Shown: positions 37,060-51,484 of the stretch, in pieces
Layout of the letters: every line of letters starts with the position of its first letter
Numbering within the stretch: position 1 is the first letter of the stretch
Source: Lama glama
Lineage: Eukaryota
Direction of reading: 5' to 3'
Assembly: GCA_028534125.1 (NCBI GenBank)
Contig: CM052817.1
Coordinates: 67,706,001-67,770,000, forward strand
Length of the DNA stretch: 64,000 bases
Notes under the pieces: generated by a model
Seen by the model: only the letters and a program-made list of their open reading frames with translations
What the model was told of the DNA's origin: nothing
Databases searched by the model: none
Translations under genes and position numbers: made by a program

Positions 37060-39000
37060 ATAAGATATTGAACAAAGCAGGAACATGACCCATAAGCAAG
37101 AAAATAAACATCAAAAGAGGGAAACTTAGGGAAATAATTCTCTCGACCTAAAATTGTATACACAGTGAAACTTTTTTTTAAAAATGAAGGTAAAATTAAA
37201 GACATTGTCAAGCAAACTGAAGTTAGTAAAACATGTTTCCAGCAGACCAGCACTACAAAAAACTCTAAAGGAAGTTATTCAGGCTGAATGGATTGATCCT
37301 ATATGGAAGACTGAATATTCAGGAAGGAATGAAAAACACAGAAAAGAGTTAACTATGTGAATTAATGTAAAAATATAAAAGATAATTGAATGTTTAAAGT
37401 AAAATAACAATGATGATGATATGTTTTTGGCTTTTAAACACAGAGAATTAAAACAATGACAAAACACAAAGAATAGGAGTTGGGATAAATGGCATTATTC
37501 CATATAAGGTTCTGACATTATTTATGAAATATTTTAATATTAATTCAATGTCAACTATGATAAATTAATGATATATATTATAAATGTTTATACTAACCTC
37601 TAAAAATAATGCAAAGAATAATCTAGCAGAAAAGCCATAGTACAATAATAAAAATATACTTGGTCAGGGTGGGGAGGGTATAGGTCAGTGGTAGAGTACA
37701 TGCTTAGCATGCGTGACATCCTAGGTTCAAACCCCAGTACCTCCATTAACAAAATAAATAAATAAATAAACCTAATTACCACCCCCCCCCCAAAATGTAT
37801 TCCATCCAAAATGGGAAAAGGGATAAATGCACCAAAAGAAAAAACAAAAACAAAAACCCAGATGGAACAAATAGAAAACAAAACAGCAAGATGATATACT
37901 TAAACCCATGTGAGTAGTAACTGTATTAAATGTGAATGGACTAAACATTCCAATTAAAATATTGTCAAACTGCATAAAGAAACAAGGCCCAATCAAATGC
38001 TATTTACAAAAGACACAATTTAAATGGAATGTCCTAGATAAGGAGAAAATTACAGGATGGAAAGAGATAGGCTATGCAAACCCTAACTGGGGGGAAGACA
38101 AGCTATTGTGATTATATTAATATCAAATAAAGTAGGCTCCAAAATAAAGGATCTTACCAGATATAAAGAGGAATATTTTATAATGATAAAAAATCAATTC
38201 ATCTGAAAGACTTAAATATGAGTATTTATATGTATGCACCCATGTGTACACCTAATAACATACTTTCAAAACTTATGAAGCAAAAATTACAGTTAAAAAG
38301 AAATAAACAACTCTACAATCATAGAGAGCTTCACCTTTTTAGCAATTGATAGGTTAAGCAAAATAAGTAAATAGTAAGGATGTAGAAAAGTTATATAACA
38401 TGATTGACCAACATTTGCATTTATAAAAAACACTATATTCAAGACCTGCAAAATATACAGTGTTTAAGTGCACAAGGAGCATTTACTAAAATAGATAATA
38501 TGCTGGTAAATAAAGCAAGTCAAATTTTTCAATGCATTGAAATTGTGCAGAATATGCTCTCTTACCACAGTGAAATTATACTAACAAATAATAAGAAAAA
38601 GAGAACTAGAAAATTCCTAATTGCTTAGAAATTAAGCATTGCATTTTAAAGAACTTACAAATTGAAGAGGAAATCATAGGGAAATTAGGAAGTATTTGAA
38701 TTGAATAAGAATCAAACAATAAAATTTCAGGAATGCAACTAAAGTAGTACTTAAGAGAAATTTATAAAATTTAAATTAGAAGAAAGTTTAAAATCAAAAA
38801 TCTAAGTCTGCAACTCGAGAAACTAGAAAGATATCAAATCCAAAGAAAATAAAAGGAAGAACATAATTTTTTAAATAGAAATAAATGAATAAGAAAAGAT
38901 AGAGACAATTGAGAAAATCAACAAAGCCACAGCAAAGCTTTGAAAAAAATTAACAAATTTGATAAAATCCTGGTAGTACTGATCAGGAAAGAAGAAACAG
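37060..39000 (+). mobile_element. Old L1M: inter-ORF region and ORF2 endonuclease remnant
   Basis: ttaaatgtgaatggactaaacattccaattaaa (LNVNGLN.PIK), caagtgcacaaggagcatttactaaaatagat (SAQGAFTKID); heavily decayed. Confidence 0.8.
37670..37795 (+). mobile_element. tRNA-Ala-derived SINE inserted in L1M
   Basis: ggggagggtataggtcagtggtagagtacatgcttagcatgcgtgacatcctaggttcaaaccccagtacctcc. Confidence 0.9.
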
Positions 39001-39150
39001 CAATAAGGATATATTGTACAGCACAGGAAAATGTAGCCATTATTTTGCAGTAACTTTAAATGGACTATGAACTACAAAAATAGTGAATCACTGTGTTGTA
39101 CACCTGAAAATAATATAATATTGTAAATCAACTATACTTCGAGTTAAAAT
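39000..39150 (+). mobile_element. L1 3' terminal fragment
   Basis: tgtacagcacaggaaa...gaatcactgtgttgtacacctgaaaataatataatattgtaaatcaactatacttc. Confidence 0.75.
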
Positions 39151-39199
39151 TTTTTTAAAAGGAAATGAGGAATAATCCAAATATCTAGCAACATGAGAA

Positions 39200-39590
39200 T
39201 AGATAAAGCAACTGAGGTAAATTCAGACAAGAGAATACTTGCTCAGCAATAAAAAATAAAAAATTAAAGTAAGGCAAACATCCGTGCAACAAAATGGATG
39301 AATCTCATTGACATTATGTTTAGCAAAAGAAGTCAGACACATAAGACTAAATACTGTATGATTTCATTTATAAAGACTTCTGTAATGGGCAACAATAATT
39401 TATAAGTAGTCAAAATAGCAGTTTCTTTTGAGGAAAGGGATAGCTATTCACTGGAAAGAGCATGAGGGAACTTTCTAAAAAAAGCAAAATATTTTAAAAC
39501 TTGATCCAGATTGTTTTACATAGATATACACATATATAAAAATTTATCAAGCTGAGTGCATGATCTATGTATTTTAATTTAAAAAAAGTA
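39200..39590 (+). mobile_element. Old L1M 3' end
   Basis: aatggatgaatctcattgacattatgtttagcaaaagaagtcagacacataagactaaatactgtatgatttcatttata. Confidence 0.75.
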
Positions 39591-40519
39591 GTAACATCTA
39601 TTATTTAACTAATTTTTATTTGTCCAAATACACTATGATAATTCTCTTGGTTTTATTTTAAAGTAAGCTCCATGAGAACAGAAATTTTGACTCTATGGTC
39701 CACAGACTCTTTTGTGCCCTGGCACACAGTAGGCCCTCAATAAATGTTTGCTTAGTGGTTGTTAAAGAGGAAAAAAGTAAGCAATCTTTTTGTGTCCATT
39801 TTAATTAACACTTCACACTATCCAATTACAACTTTTCTTGAACTAGCCTTATATAATTGCTATATTACTTTCCTCAAAGGAAAGTGATCTCTAGAATTCC
39901 TTTCCCCCTTCTGGTTAAACAAAGTTAAACTTTTGAACCCTTGGCCTGATGCTGAACTAATTTTCTCTTTCCAGGCTGCTGTTTTCATTTTGTGGAGAAT
40001 TTTGATAGATTTTATTTTTTTTGCATGTTACAGGGTTTCTAGAGCATGTAAAACTTTAAGTAAATCCCCTGATTTGATTGTATTATGCCTAGATAAAAAT
40101 CAGTTGCTTGTTTAATCTACATATGTGGTATGCTTTAACCTGCCTGTTCCTCTCCTCCAAAGCAGTTAGCATTGTTTTTTCCCTTCTTAACAATCATGAT
40201 AACATTAATAACAGCTAATGTTTTTGTTCACTTACTCTCTGTCAAGCACTGACTTCAGAGCTTTACTTATGAATCCCTAGTAATCTTACTTGACTACCCA
40301 TCAGTGGTGTGCTCTCATCTGTTCTTACAGGCAGGACCTGCTTCATAATCTGCAAGGCCTCGTACAACATGAGAAATGCAAGCCCATCCAGGGCACAGAA
40401 GTCAATCGCCGCTTCTCACAGGGCTACCACCCAGCCCATGGCAGATGGACAACCCCAAAAGAAACATTGGTACCTTGATAAGTGGTGGGCGAGAGGCTCC
40501 AACAGAGATGCCCATTGAA

Positions 40520-41500
40520 ATTACTGTAGTACAGCCAGCCCAGGGCCAAGATGACCAATACCTTAATCTGCCCTGAAATACTTCGTGGTGCCCACCTGAT
40601 CCCCTTAAGTCACCAGGGAGCCTGTTGGAATGGTACCGTATTGGAGCCGCGAAGTTGGTATATGGGGCTGACTGACAGACTGGACATTTGATAATGGTAG
40701 TAGTGAGATTAGTCCTACTGAGTAGGGCTCCTTTATGCAGAACCCCCATCCCTGTTACCATGGCCACTTTGCTCATAAGCCTGTTATTCTAGCAATAGGT
40801 ATTCTGTTGACATCAATTAGCCAAGTTATTTGATCTGCTTTGTTTTTAAGTGTCTTTTCTGTGATAATTGCTCTCCGGCAGGGATTAATAAGTAATGTGA
40901 AGATCTTTAACCTTTGTACCTATTTATATATATCCATCCGTATGCCCTACATCATATCTTTTGGTCTCTGACCATCCAGTCTTTCTCCTTACTGGCTGAC
41001 AGTCCACAGGTCCATATACTCCTTTATCCAAACTATATGACCAGGTACATCTCTCACAGTTCTAACTGTTGAGGGAATTTTCTCTCGCCATTACTTTTCA
41101 AAGCCACTGAGTGTGGATGCAGTGAAATTGCTGTCCCTGGGTAGGTACAACACGCCAAGCCGGCCCATTCATAAACCAAGCTTGGGCTTTGTCTTCCTCA
41201 ATCATCTTATTGTAACTAAATTCTAACTAAAATTGTGAGCTAAGTGGTTGCTGGTATAATAATGGCAGATGAAATGGGAGTTGGCTTGCTTTTGCCCTTT
41301 GCTCATCCTTGATTCCAAGTGTATTACTTCCATTTTACAATGAATTGTTGCTGGGCCCACCCAATTGTACATCTCCAAGAGCCTGGCAGACCCTAGCTTG
41401 TGCTGACCAGGTCCAGACACAGAGTTATGCATTCCATTTATACCGTCAGCCAGTAGCATGACAAGAGTTATTTTCAAAAGGCATATAATTCTCTGGATGA
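40520..41500 (-). mobile_element. ERV-L internal remnant: pol (RNase H to integrase HHCC region)
   Basis: Minus-strand fragments EQSGHG.RDGG and KCPVCQ (integrase zinc finger), AWF..G (RNase H), and gggcccagcaacaattcattgtaaaatggaag (AQQ.SI.KWK), across frameshifts. Confidence 0.75.
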
Positions 41501-42710
41501 TTTTGATGTCCTTCAGTTTTACTGTGGTGCACCTAGGTATGAATATTTTTTAATTTCCTTGCTTGGAATATATTGCATTTGTTGAATGATATTGATAATA
41601 CTGATATTTTTCATCACTGCTGGAAAGTTCTCAGCCATAATATCGTCAAATATTTCCTCTGCTGCATTTTCTCTCTTCTCTCAAGTGGAAATTTCAACTA
41701 TACATGTATAATTTCATATATATATATATGTCTGTGTGTTTGACTTTTTCTGTTTGTTCTCCCTATATTTTGACCTGTCTTTGATATTTTTCATTTCTCT
41801 GTCTCTCCAAGCTAAGAGCATCTCTTCAGTTGCTTTTTTTAAATTTTATTATTTACTAGTTTTTTTCTTAGATGTGCATAATCTGTTATTCAACCAGTCC
41901 ATTAAGTTTGTAGTAATTATAGTTTTCATTGGTAGGAGTTCTGTTTTGTGCTTTTTCAAATTTTCTCTGATTTTATTTATTGAAATATATTCACACATTT
42001 TTATATTCCGTGTCCTATAATTTCAAAATATGAAGTTTGAGTATCTGTTTCCGCTTCCTTTTTCACATAGGATAGCTTATTTCCTTGTATTTAGTGATAT
42101 TTTTTATTATATACTGCTCATATACCCCAGAATTTTGTCTGTGAATATGTGTTAATGCCTGGGGTGAAGGTTGGTTATTCTAGAAAGAATTTGTCTGTTA
42201 TGTTCAGGCATCTAAGGGCACTTTAAATTAAATTCTCAATTTGTTTTGGGGGGTTTTTTTTGATCATTTTTTGGTTTAGCAGATAGTGTGAATTTGGACA
42301 CAAAATTGAATTGTGGTTACAAATATCAAAGGATAATTTTTAAAATTTTTCTACTAAATACCAAGTTTTGAGATTGGCAATTTTTCTTATAGTTTCTGAA
42401 AGAGAAAGAGGAGGCAAGTTGATTCATAGTCAATGTATACTCTGGGTGTAGAGTCCTTTGTGACCCCAGCTTTATGTAAGGGATTTTTTAAATTGGACTC
42501 TCACTTTAGGTGGCTTCCAGAATGTTTTCTTCGATTCCAGGAATTTTACAATCTCACAAAAACAATGCTCAAGTTCTCAGTGTGGTTAATGTACTTACCT
42601 AGGTACCCAAGTGCACTATAGTCTCTAGCCTGCTTATTCCTTATTTCTTGCCTCATGAATGCAATTAAAGAGTATTTTTCTGTATTTTACCCAGCATTTT
42701 ACTCTCAGGA
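41500..42710 (-). mobile_element. Old L1M 5'/ORF1 remnant, antisense
   Basis: tggaaagttctcagccataatatcgtcaaatatttcctctgc and a T-rich antisense ORF1-like stretch. Confidence 0.6.
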
Positions 42711-42809
42711 GGACAGCCAGTCTAGAGATCGAATCTTTTCTCCTGAAATCTCTTTTCCACTCAACTTGTCAGTGTCCCATTGTCCTAACTGCTCAAAATC
42801 TAAATCTGT

Positions 42810-43400
42810 TATGAATTATTTGGCTACAAGTAACAAAAACAAAAGAAAGATTAAATAGTTGCTGTAAATAATTGCTTTTTTTTTTTTTTGACAAAACATG
42901 AAGTCTGGAGGTAGCTATTCCAGTTCAGTGCAGCTGCTCAATGGCTATGACAATGATGATGGCAAAACTTCGGGCTTTTTCTACTTCTCTGCTTGTGAAA
43001 TTTAGTGTTTTGACATTTATTTTTATTGCTTATCAACATAGTTACAAGTTAGCTACTGTTTCTTGAGAAATTAGTCCATTTTACAAGTAGAACAAAGAGG
43101 AAAAGCCAAAAGGACAGAAGGTGGGACAAACTAAATGTATTCCTTTTTATTAGGAACCAAAGTAAACTTTCTTTTATTTCTCATTGGCAGAACAGAATTA
43201 GATGGCCACCTCGGACCAACCAATGGCAAAGGTATATAAGAATAACATTTGTAATTTAGACCAATCACAACCCGTTTCCTGAAACTAGGATAGGGCCCTT
43301 CTCCACTTGAGGTTGGGAGTTTTCCATTGCTAATAAATGTGGATTCTGTGAACAGAACATAGGGAGTTGGAGAATGACCATTGGGTAGGCATTAGATTGT
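42810..43400. mobile_element. MLT1-type LTR remnant
   Basis: tttggctacaagtaacaaaaac...gaagtctggaggtag...tctcattggcagaacagaattagatggccacc. Confidence 0.6.
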
Positions 43401-46400
43401 ATCTTCTATAATACCTAAGACTGGCTCAGCATCTAGACCTTCTCACCTAGAATGCCTTCTCTTTCCCTTTCATCTCTTTACATGTCTTCATATCCAAGCT
43501 TAGGGCTACCTTTCATTAAGGCCTTTGGCATCATCCTCTGTCCATGGGGCTTGCTGTTTTTTCAACTCACAGCATTGTGTTATTCTTTCCATCTCCCAAT
43601 CCAAAGTGTAAACCCCTTGAGAGTCTGAATTGTGTCTCACGTCACCTAGCCTAGTACTTTGTACATTGACAATCAGTCAATGTTAATTGTTTACCAAAGA
43701 ACTAATTGACTGTCCCATTACTTACGTTCTCTGTGTCTCTTCTGCTTAATGACATCACATCTTTGGCACTTATCCTCAACCCTAATCCCATGACCCTCGT
43801 TTATACTGTATTCCTATTGATCTCTCTGTTTTTTAAACTCTAATGAACTGTTCTCACATCAAAACTCTGCTCTTCCTCACCCCTTGTCATTGTGATGATT
43901 TGTCACTGGCTACCATCTCCACTGTTGGCGTACGTGATTCTATGCTATTCTAGTTGTCCTCCTGTGCTTCTCTCTTTTTCCTGCCTCTTTTGCTGATTCC
44001 TCTTTTTATGTTATTGCTCTTATGATTGTATTCTCTGTTTCCCGAGGGCTCATATTTAGACTTTTTTTCCCTCCTCAACCATTTTCTTTTGAGCAGATCC
44101 ATTCTGAGTTAGGTGACTCCCCAAAGCAGTGAGCATGGTTCATACTGTATCTGTACTTGTTGTCTTTTGCCATTTCAAGCTCAAAGTTTCCAAAACTAAA
44201 CTTATCATCTTAAGTCTAAATATACTATTCATTCCAGTGTTCCTCTTTCTTTCAGTGGTACCATCACTTTTCCAGTCTTAGAGCATTAAATACTTGAGGC
44301 ATTTATAACTATTCCTGTCATGTTGATTTGATCTTTCAAATGTCTCTAATATCTATTGCTTCATTTTTCCTCCTCCTTCAAAATTCAGATATATTTACCT
44401 CAATTAACTAAATAACCCTAACAATTCCCCCTATTCCAAATGCCTCTTTTCTCCAATCTCTTTTAAGCAGATTAACCTTCTGTAAATTTAGCTTAAATGA
44501 AGTCATGATTCTGAGCCAGGAACCTTCAATGAGTCTCCCCTACCCATCACATAAAGTCCAGATTCGTGAGACTGCCTTTCAGAGACAACTGTAATCTGAT
44601 ACCCTTGATGTATCCAAATTAACTGTCTGCTTCCCAAAAATGAATGTTATAGTGGGACAAGCTCATTTTCACCCCTGGGCTTCTACTCTGCTATGCCTTC
44701 CTGCCCCCTCTCCCAGTTGATCAATTTTGTTCCAGCTTCTCCAACAGAGGACTTCTGAAAATCACCTTGAATAAACAAGAGACTCATTTCTGATATTCAG
44801 TGGCCAATAAAACATGTTCTCTGCTTCCAGTAGATTTGACTCCCTGGTGAATATATGAAAAAACAGATCACTTGCACTCTGGGTTCTTTTTTAGCAACCA
44901 TTCTCCTCGTGTCTTTCCTGCAGTTTGTTAGGTTTTTGTTATTGCTGCCACTGTGAGGGTCTCTTGTGCTCCCGCCTCCCCCACCCCTGCTTTTCTTTAA
45001 GTTTTGCAGTTTGTGAAATTTGAAGATGAAAAGGGCTTGCTTGAAGCTGCTTAGCTGACTAGGGATTTGTACATCCTTACATGGTTCTAGTTTGTTTTTA
45101 AAAGAAAGCAAGTCCATCTGGATATTGGCCTTTGGGGGGACTTTCTGCAGGTGGCAGGCCACTTAACATGGTGGAGATTTCCTTTTAATTATGTTCACGT
45201 TGAATGCCTCCCACAAAGTAGGTAATCTGGACTGATTTCTTTCTGTCATTCTAAGTGAGTGTTCATACTAATATTTTTTCTTTCTTTTGAAGATTGTTTA
45301 TTAGAAAAACAGTTATAATTTTTAAGAATCCAACCCATTTGATCTTAATGTATTTTCTTCCCCTGTAGAGCAGAGATATTTCTAAAATGTTTTGCTTTAA
45401 TGGCTTTTTATCTAGACTAATCCCTTATAAAAGTGCAAAGTGTCTGCATGCTAAAACAAATGTGCATTTGAATGCACAATTGATTAACCAATTTTCAAAT
45501 AATTAACTTTTTAGATTTTGCATGTGCATTTGTTGCTCATTTGACCATATAATAATTAATTAGCCTTAATTATAATGGATTGCACCTTCAAATCCTGCAT
45601 GCATATTCTAACAGAATGACAGTGTTTTATATCACTTTTTATATTTTAGTCAAACAGACAAGCACTCACAAGCAAAGGAAGAGAATTTTAAAGGTGGGGG
45701 ACATTTCACATCTGCAGAAGTTGACATTTTGATTAATGAAGTGTTACAGTTGTTTTTAATGTATTTATTTGGTGGTGCATTCAGCAAAATTAATCCTGAT
45801 AGATGAAATGTGTTTAAAGCACTGCTTACAAAATGAATGGTGTCTCTCAGCTAATAGAGTTATAAATGAACAGGAAAAAAAAATGAAGACTTTAAAAATA
45901 AGTCAAGTGAAAATAAATGCCAGATTAAAAAACAATTTACTCTGTGTATCTAGAGAGCCAAAGGGAACTCAAGTGCAAAGAATTTGACTTATGGACTAAG
46001 TGAGGAACTGAAACATTTAAATATCAGCCTAATGCTCTTCAGTCATAACGGTGGGAATGCTGAATAGAGTTGGGCTTCCTACCTTCACTTGTTTGTAGAG
46101 CTGAAAGGCAAAAACCAAAATTATGTCATGAGGAGTATATTAAGAGTCAGGCAGAGAAGTACAACCATGCCACTCATCAGTGATGACAAGGGCCCACGGT
46201 GCAGCATGAGAATCAGGGAAAACAAGAGCTATATCTTGTTTGGCTAGAGTATCTAAAGCAATGGGGATGAGCACTGAACATGGAGGCCAACTCCACAGAA
46301 ACTTGTGCCCATCTCACTTGTTGGTTTTAAAAGCAGAATAAGTTTATTTAAAGTGATCATCACAGAACAGACACTTACTACAAAAGTTCATCATAGAAGA

Positions 46401-46620
46401 GAGTTTCTAGTTTATGAATAATACCTTGACTCTGTGTAGACAATTCTTCTAAGATGTTCAAAATATGTAAATAGCCAAATTCTCACTCTTGGAAAGGGTC
46501 AAATAAGTATAAATATTTTTTGTACAGAATAGTATAGAACTTCAGAGAAAGCTATGTGCAAACTCTGCCTTTATCATTCATTAAGTATTTGGCCCTGGGC
46601 AAGCTTAAAAATCTCTGTCT

Positions 46621-46790
46621 TTATAACCAACAAGGACCTACTGTATAGCACAGGAAACTATATCCAGTATCTTATCATGACCTATAATGGAAAAGTATCT
46701 GAAAAATTTTATATATATAATTATATATCTGAATCACTTTGCTTTACACCTGAAACTAACACAAAATTGAAAATCAACTATAAAAAAAAC
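46621..46790 (+). mobile_element. L1 3' terminal fragment inserted in a MIR
   Basis: caacaaggacctactgtatagcacaggaaactatatccagtatct...tacacctgaaactaacac; imperfect flanking aaaaatct(ct)gtct; MIR halves on both sides (about 46540-46990). Confidence 0.8.
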
Positions 46791-47699
46791 CACACACACA
46801 CACACAAAAATCTGTCTGGTTTTATCATCTGTAAATGAAGATGGATAATACTTATTGTTTATCTTAATCTCACTTACCAGAATTGAAGATATATGAGGAT
46901 AGACATTTTGATGGTGTTTGTCATCAATGTAGCCTATGTGCTTGAAAAGTATACTTAGTAGGTTCTCAATAAATATTTGTTTAATAAATTAATGGATATA
47001 TAAAGCATTTTCACACTTCCTGACACTGAAGTTTTCAATAAATAAGTAATAAACAAAATTCAATTTGGTATTATCACTACTTCCAGGTATAATGTAGTAT
47101 CTATAGCAAACTCACCCTTCAGCTGAAAGAACCTGAAAACCTCAGATAATATCTGGTAGTATTTAAAGAGCTATCTAAGCAACCAGAACTTTTGAGGGGA
47201 CAAGATCAGGAAAGAGAACTACAGAGAAGCCATTTGACATTCAGTGTCTACCTCTACCCTATCAGAAACTGATTTTGGGCAAGGAACTGGGGGACCAGGG
47301 ATGGTAAATGATCACTGCTAAGAAGCAAAGAACCCAGCTGGGCTTATAGATATCTCAAAGTACTAAAGAAACAAAAATTGAAATTTGAGGTGCCTAAGGT
47401 AATCAGGACCCAAGAGGTCAAAATCCAAGCGTAGAGGGTGATGGGGGATAGATAAGTGAGCCCAAGGTTCAAAGGATTCCCCCAAGAAACCAAGCAGAAA
47501 GTCACTGAAATGGAGAACAGACACACTGGTAATCTCATGTTTCTGGGGAGACAAATATTGGAATTTAGGACTAACCAAAGAGGAGCGTTCCTAGTAAATA
47601 CCTAAGGCTTTGAGATGAGGATGTTACAGGGTTATACCTTGCCATTGGTGGCAAACCAGAGGTAAACCGAGTTCTACTCAAACTTAAATCCAGCCACAC

Positions 47700-48690
47700 A
47701 TTAGCTCACAATAGCCCTCTGTTTTTATTAAGGTAATAGGCCCTTATACCAGCTGCCTGTAAGAGGATAAGAATAATCCTTTCTACAAGAATGTGATCAA
47801 GAGAGTCCATAATTCCTCATATATAATGCCCAACACTTAATTATAAAATTACCAGGCATTCTAGAGGCAAAACAAAGAGGAAAAAAGATAATGAAAACAA
47901 AACCACAGATAACACAAATATTGGATTTATAAGGCATGGTTTTTAAAATAATTGTGATTAATATATATATAAGAAAATATATTATAAAATGGAGGATTTC
48001 ATTAGAGAAATGAAATTCAGAAAAAGAATCGAACAGATATTCTAGAACTAAAAATTTCAACAACTAAAAATGAAAACAAAGCAGAAAGTTAGACTCAACA
48101 GAGGACAGTAAAACAGAAGATAAGTCAATAGAAAAAAAATCCATGCAAAGAATGGAGAGTAAAAACAGTGAAGAAAAAGGACACACATGACAAATGGAAC
48201 AAATTGAAAATTTTAAATGACAATTAAGTAGAGCCTCATAAGGCGATGAGGAGAAATGATATGATAGAAGCAATATTTAGGAGATAATGGCCAAGAATTT
48301 TCCAGAACTAATGAAAGATATTAATATACTGATTAAGAAAGTTCTATGAATTAAGCAGGATAAATACAAATAAAATTGTATGTGAGCTTATCAGAGTTTT
48401 TTAAAACTACTAAAAGCCAAAGTTAAGGAGAAAATATTAAGAACAGCTAAAGGAAAAAGATGAATTTTCTTCAAAGAAAAATAATAAGAATGGTAAGTAA
48501 ATCCTCAACAGAAACTATAGAAGCCAGGAAACAATGCAATGCTATTTTCAAAGTACTAAAATAAAATAACTGCCAAACTATAATTCTATACACAGTGAAA
48601 ATGTACTTCAAAAGTGAAAGTGAAATAAATACATGACAGTTTAAAAATTACTAAGAAAAATTTGTTACCAGCACACCCACACTAAAGAGA
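47700..48690 (+). mobile_element. Old L1M ORF1 remnant
   Basis: gagataatggccaagaattttccagaactaatgaaaga (EIMAKNFPELMK), ctcaacagaaactatagaagccagg (STETIEAR). Confidence 0.8.
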
Positions 48691-48730
48691 AATAAGTGTG
48701 GGTCTTAAGAGAAATAAGTACTAAAGAGAA

Positions 48731-49644
48731 TTTTTCCTCCTTGTGTGGTTTATTCCTATGTATTTTATTATTTTTGGTGCAATGGTGAATGGTATTATTT
48801 CATTAATTTCTTTTTCTGCTATTTGTTGTTAGTGTATAGAAATACAATTGATTTCTGCATATTAATTTTGTATCCTGCAACTTTACCAAATTCATTGATG
48901 AGTTCTAATAGTTTTCTGGTTGCTTCTTTAGGGTTTTCTATGTATAGTATCATGTCATCTGCAAACAGTAACAGTTTCACTTCTTTTCCAATTTGGATTC
49001 CTTTTCTTTTTCTTCTCTGATTGCTATGGCTAGGACTTTCAAAACTGTGTTGAATAAAAGTGGTGATAGTGGGCATCCTTGTCTTGTTCCTGATCTTAGA
49101 GGAAATAAATGCTTTCAGCTTTTCCCCATTAAGTATGATGTTAGCTGTGGGTTTGTCATTTATGGCCTTTATTATGTTGAGGTATGGTCCATCTATGCCC
49201 ACTTTCTGGAGAGTTTTTATCATAAATAGATGTTGAATTTTATCAAAAGCTTTTTCTGCATCTATTGAGATGATCATATGGTTGTTATTTCTTCAGTTTG
49301 TTAATGTTGTGTATCAGATTGATTGATCTGTGGATATTGAAAAATCCTTGCGTCTCTGGGATAAATCCCACTTGATCATGGTGTATGATCCTTTTAATGC
49401 ATTGTTGGAGTCAATTTGCTAGTATTTTGCTCAGGATTTTTGCATCTATATTCATAAATGATATTGGCCTGTAATTTTCCTTTTGTGTGTGTGTGTGTGA
49501 TATCTTTGTCTGGTTTTGTTATCAGGGTAATGATGGCCTCATAGAATGAGTTTGGAAGTGTTCCTTCCTCTGCAATTTTTTGGAATAGTTTCAGAAGGAT
49601 AGATGTTAACTCTTCTTTAAATGTTTGGTAGAATTCACCTGTGA
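48731..49644 (-). mobile_element. Internal L1 ORF2 reverse-transcriptase fragment, truncated at both ends
   Basis: [32 protein letters not shown] and EFYQTFKEEL..ILLKLFQKI are L1 RT motifs; no 3' UTR or poly(A). Confidence 0.95.
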
Positions 49645-51484
49645 CGGCATCTGGAAAGACAAGCCTTTTGATCGGGGTTACAGACCAAGTGAAAAAGTAA
49701 GGCAGTATCATGGGAGGCATCCAAGAGATTCTGTCTTAGAGTCCCTCAAATTGTACTTTGTAGATGGTACTTACTCAGTATACTCCTATGGCAATTTGCC
49801 CTTTTTGTAAACTTGGAAAAATATAATGTTTATACATTTTCTTAAGCTTAAAAATCTCAGCTGTTTAATTTGCCCTGCAATATCTCTCATTAGTAGATAC
49901 TTGACTGGCATAATTCTTCCTTCCTACAGACATAGAAATTGAATTGCCAGGTTCCACATTGTTTATCATACCATCAGACAGGCCAACCCATGCCTTCCTA
50001 TAATCACTGACTCACAACGCCTATCAGATACCTACAGTGCATGCAGCTCTGTGTTAGGAGCTGAATATGCAAAAGCAAATTTGAGCCAAAGAAGCTTACT
50101 AGTACACTGTAGGCAGATGATTAGGTACTTTCCCTTGTGTTTCCCAGCCTCTGTCTTAAGAAATCAGTAAAAGCTTCACAAAGAAGAGATGTAGCTCATT
50201 GGTTTCTCACTTTCCAAAGCCAAAGAGAACACAGTAAATAGGAGTAGATGGCTGAGATACACTTTAAGTTTTCACTCTTGAAATCTTTGGATGGCTTTTA
50301 AATACTTGGGGTAACGATCAATATGACAATCTTGTGCTCGTCAGTAGAAATAAAATATTACAAATGCAGAACTTCTCCCCATTCTTCTCACTGGGGAGGG
50401 CCTGCTCAGTAGCATAACTTCTAAACACCCATCAGACCACCTAAAATTAGCAGATACTTGGAACTGGTGAGGGCAGAGGAAGCAGTGATTCTAATCCACC
50501 ACCTGAAGTCATATGACTCATCTAAAGCCAAAGTGGTAAGAAGCATTTAGGCCAGCAAAGAAATTATGAAATTATGAGCAGCAAAGAAAGTCATAATGAT
50601 TGTACTGATGAGTCATCTACCATCTGCTTCTCATTCAGAAAAGATAAGTCAAGATACAAATAACCAAGAGCAAAGCGATACCAAGATACCAAGAAAATGC
50701 AAAACAGGAAAGATGAAGCGTGTGAGAAGCTATCATTAGGAGACTGATTTATTCAGAACCCCATTAAGCAGGCTGGCCAGATCTAAGTAGGATGAGACCT
50801 AAAACCTGCAGTAACTGATGCGGAACAGGGAAGGAGGCCTAATACTAACCAGAGAACGGGAACCAAGAGACTCAGTAGGTGAGTTTCTGTCTACCAACTC
50901 ATTCTTCCAACTCTACTTGCTGGCTCAACTTGCAACATCAGAGGCAAGAAAAGGCCCTAATGAGAAGACTGCATTCTGATGAGAGAAGAGAAGCCGATAA
51001 CGTACATGAGGTCTCTTCTTGGTGCCTCGATACCTTGAGGCCCTCTCCTATGACCCACTTTGGCTGTCTCACTGAGGCAGGGAACTATTCTACAGAATTG
51101 TGCCACGCTCAACGGTACTTCTGGTTTCATTGCTCTTGGCTTATGTTTCTATTCAGTCACCAATCACACTGTATTATGAGGCATTGTTTGTACATCTGTT
51201 TCTAGTAGATGGCAGACTCTTTGAGAGCAAAAGCAATAGCTTCTTCATCTCTGTCTCTCTAGGACCCAACAAATCTCCTGAACCAGAATAATCATTTTAA
51301 AAATCTTAATGAATTGAATTTAACTGAACTTCCCATTGGTATTTCATCTGTGGCCTGTCACCCTATATGTATGAACATAATAGGATTTTGGTTATAATAC
51401 TTCTACAGAACCCTGTGAAGTTCCATTGAGATTCTAGCTGCCCTACTCAGAAGCTTAGCTAAAGTGGGGAGTAGACTGATATTC

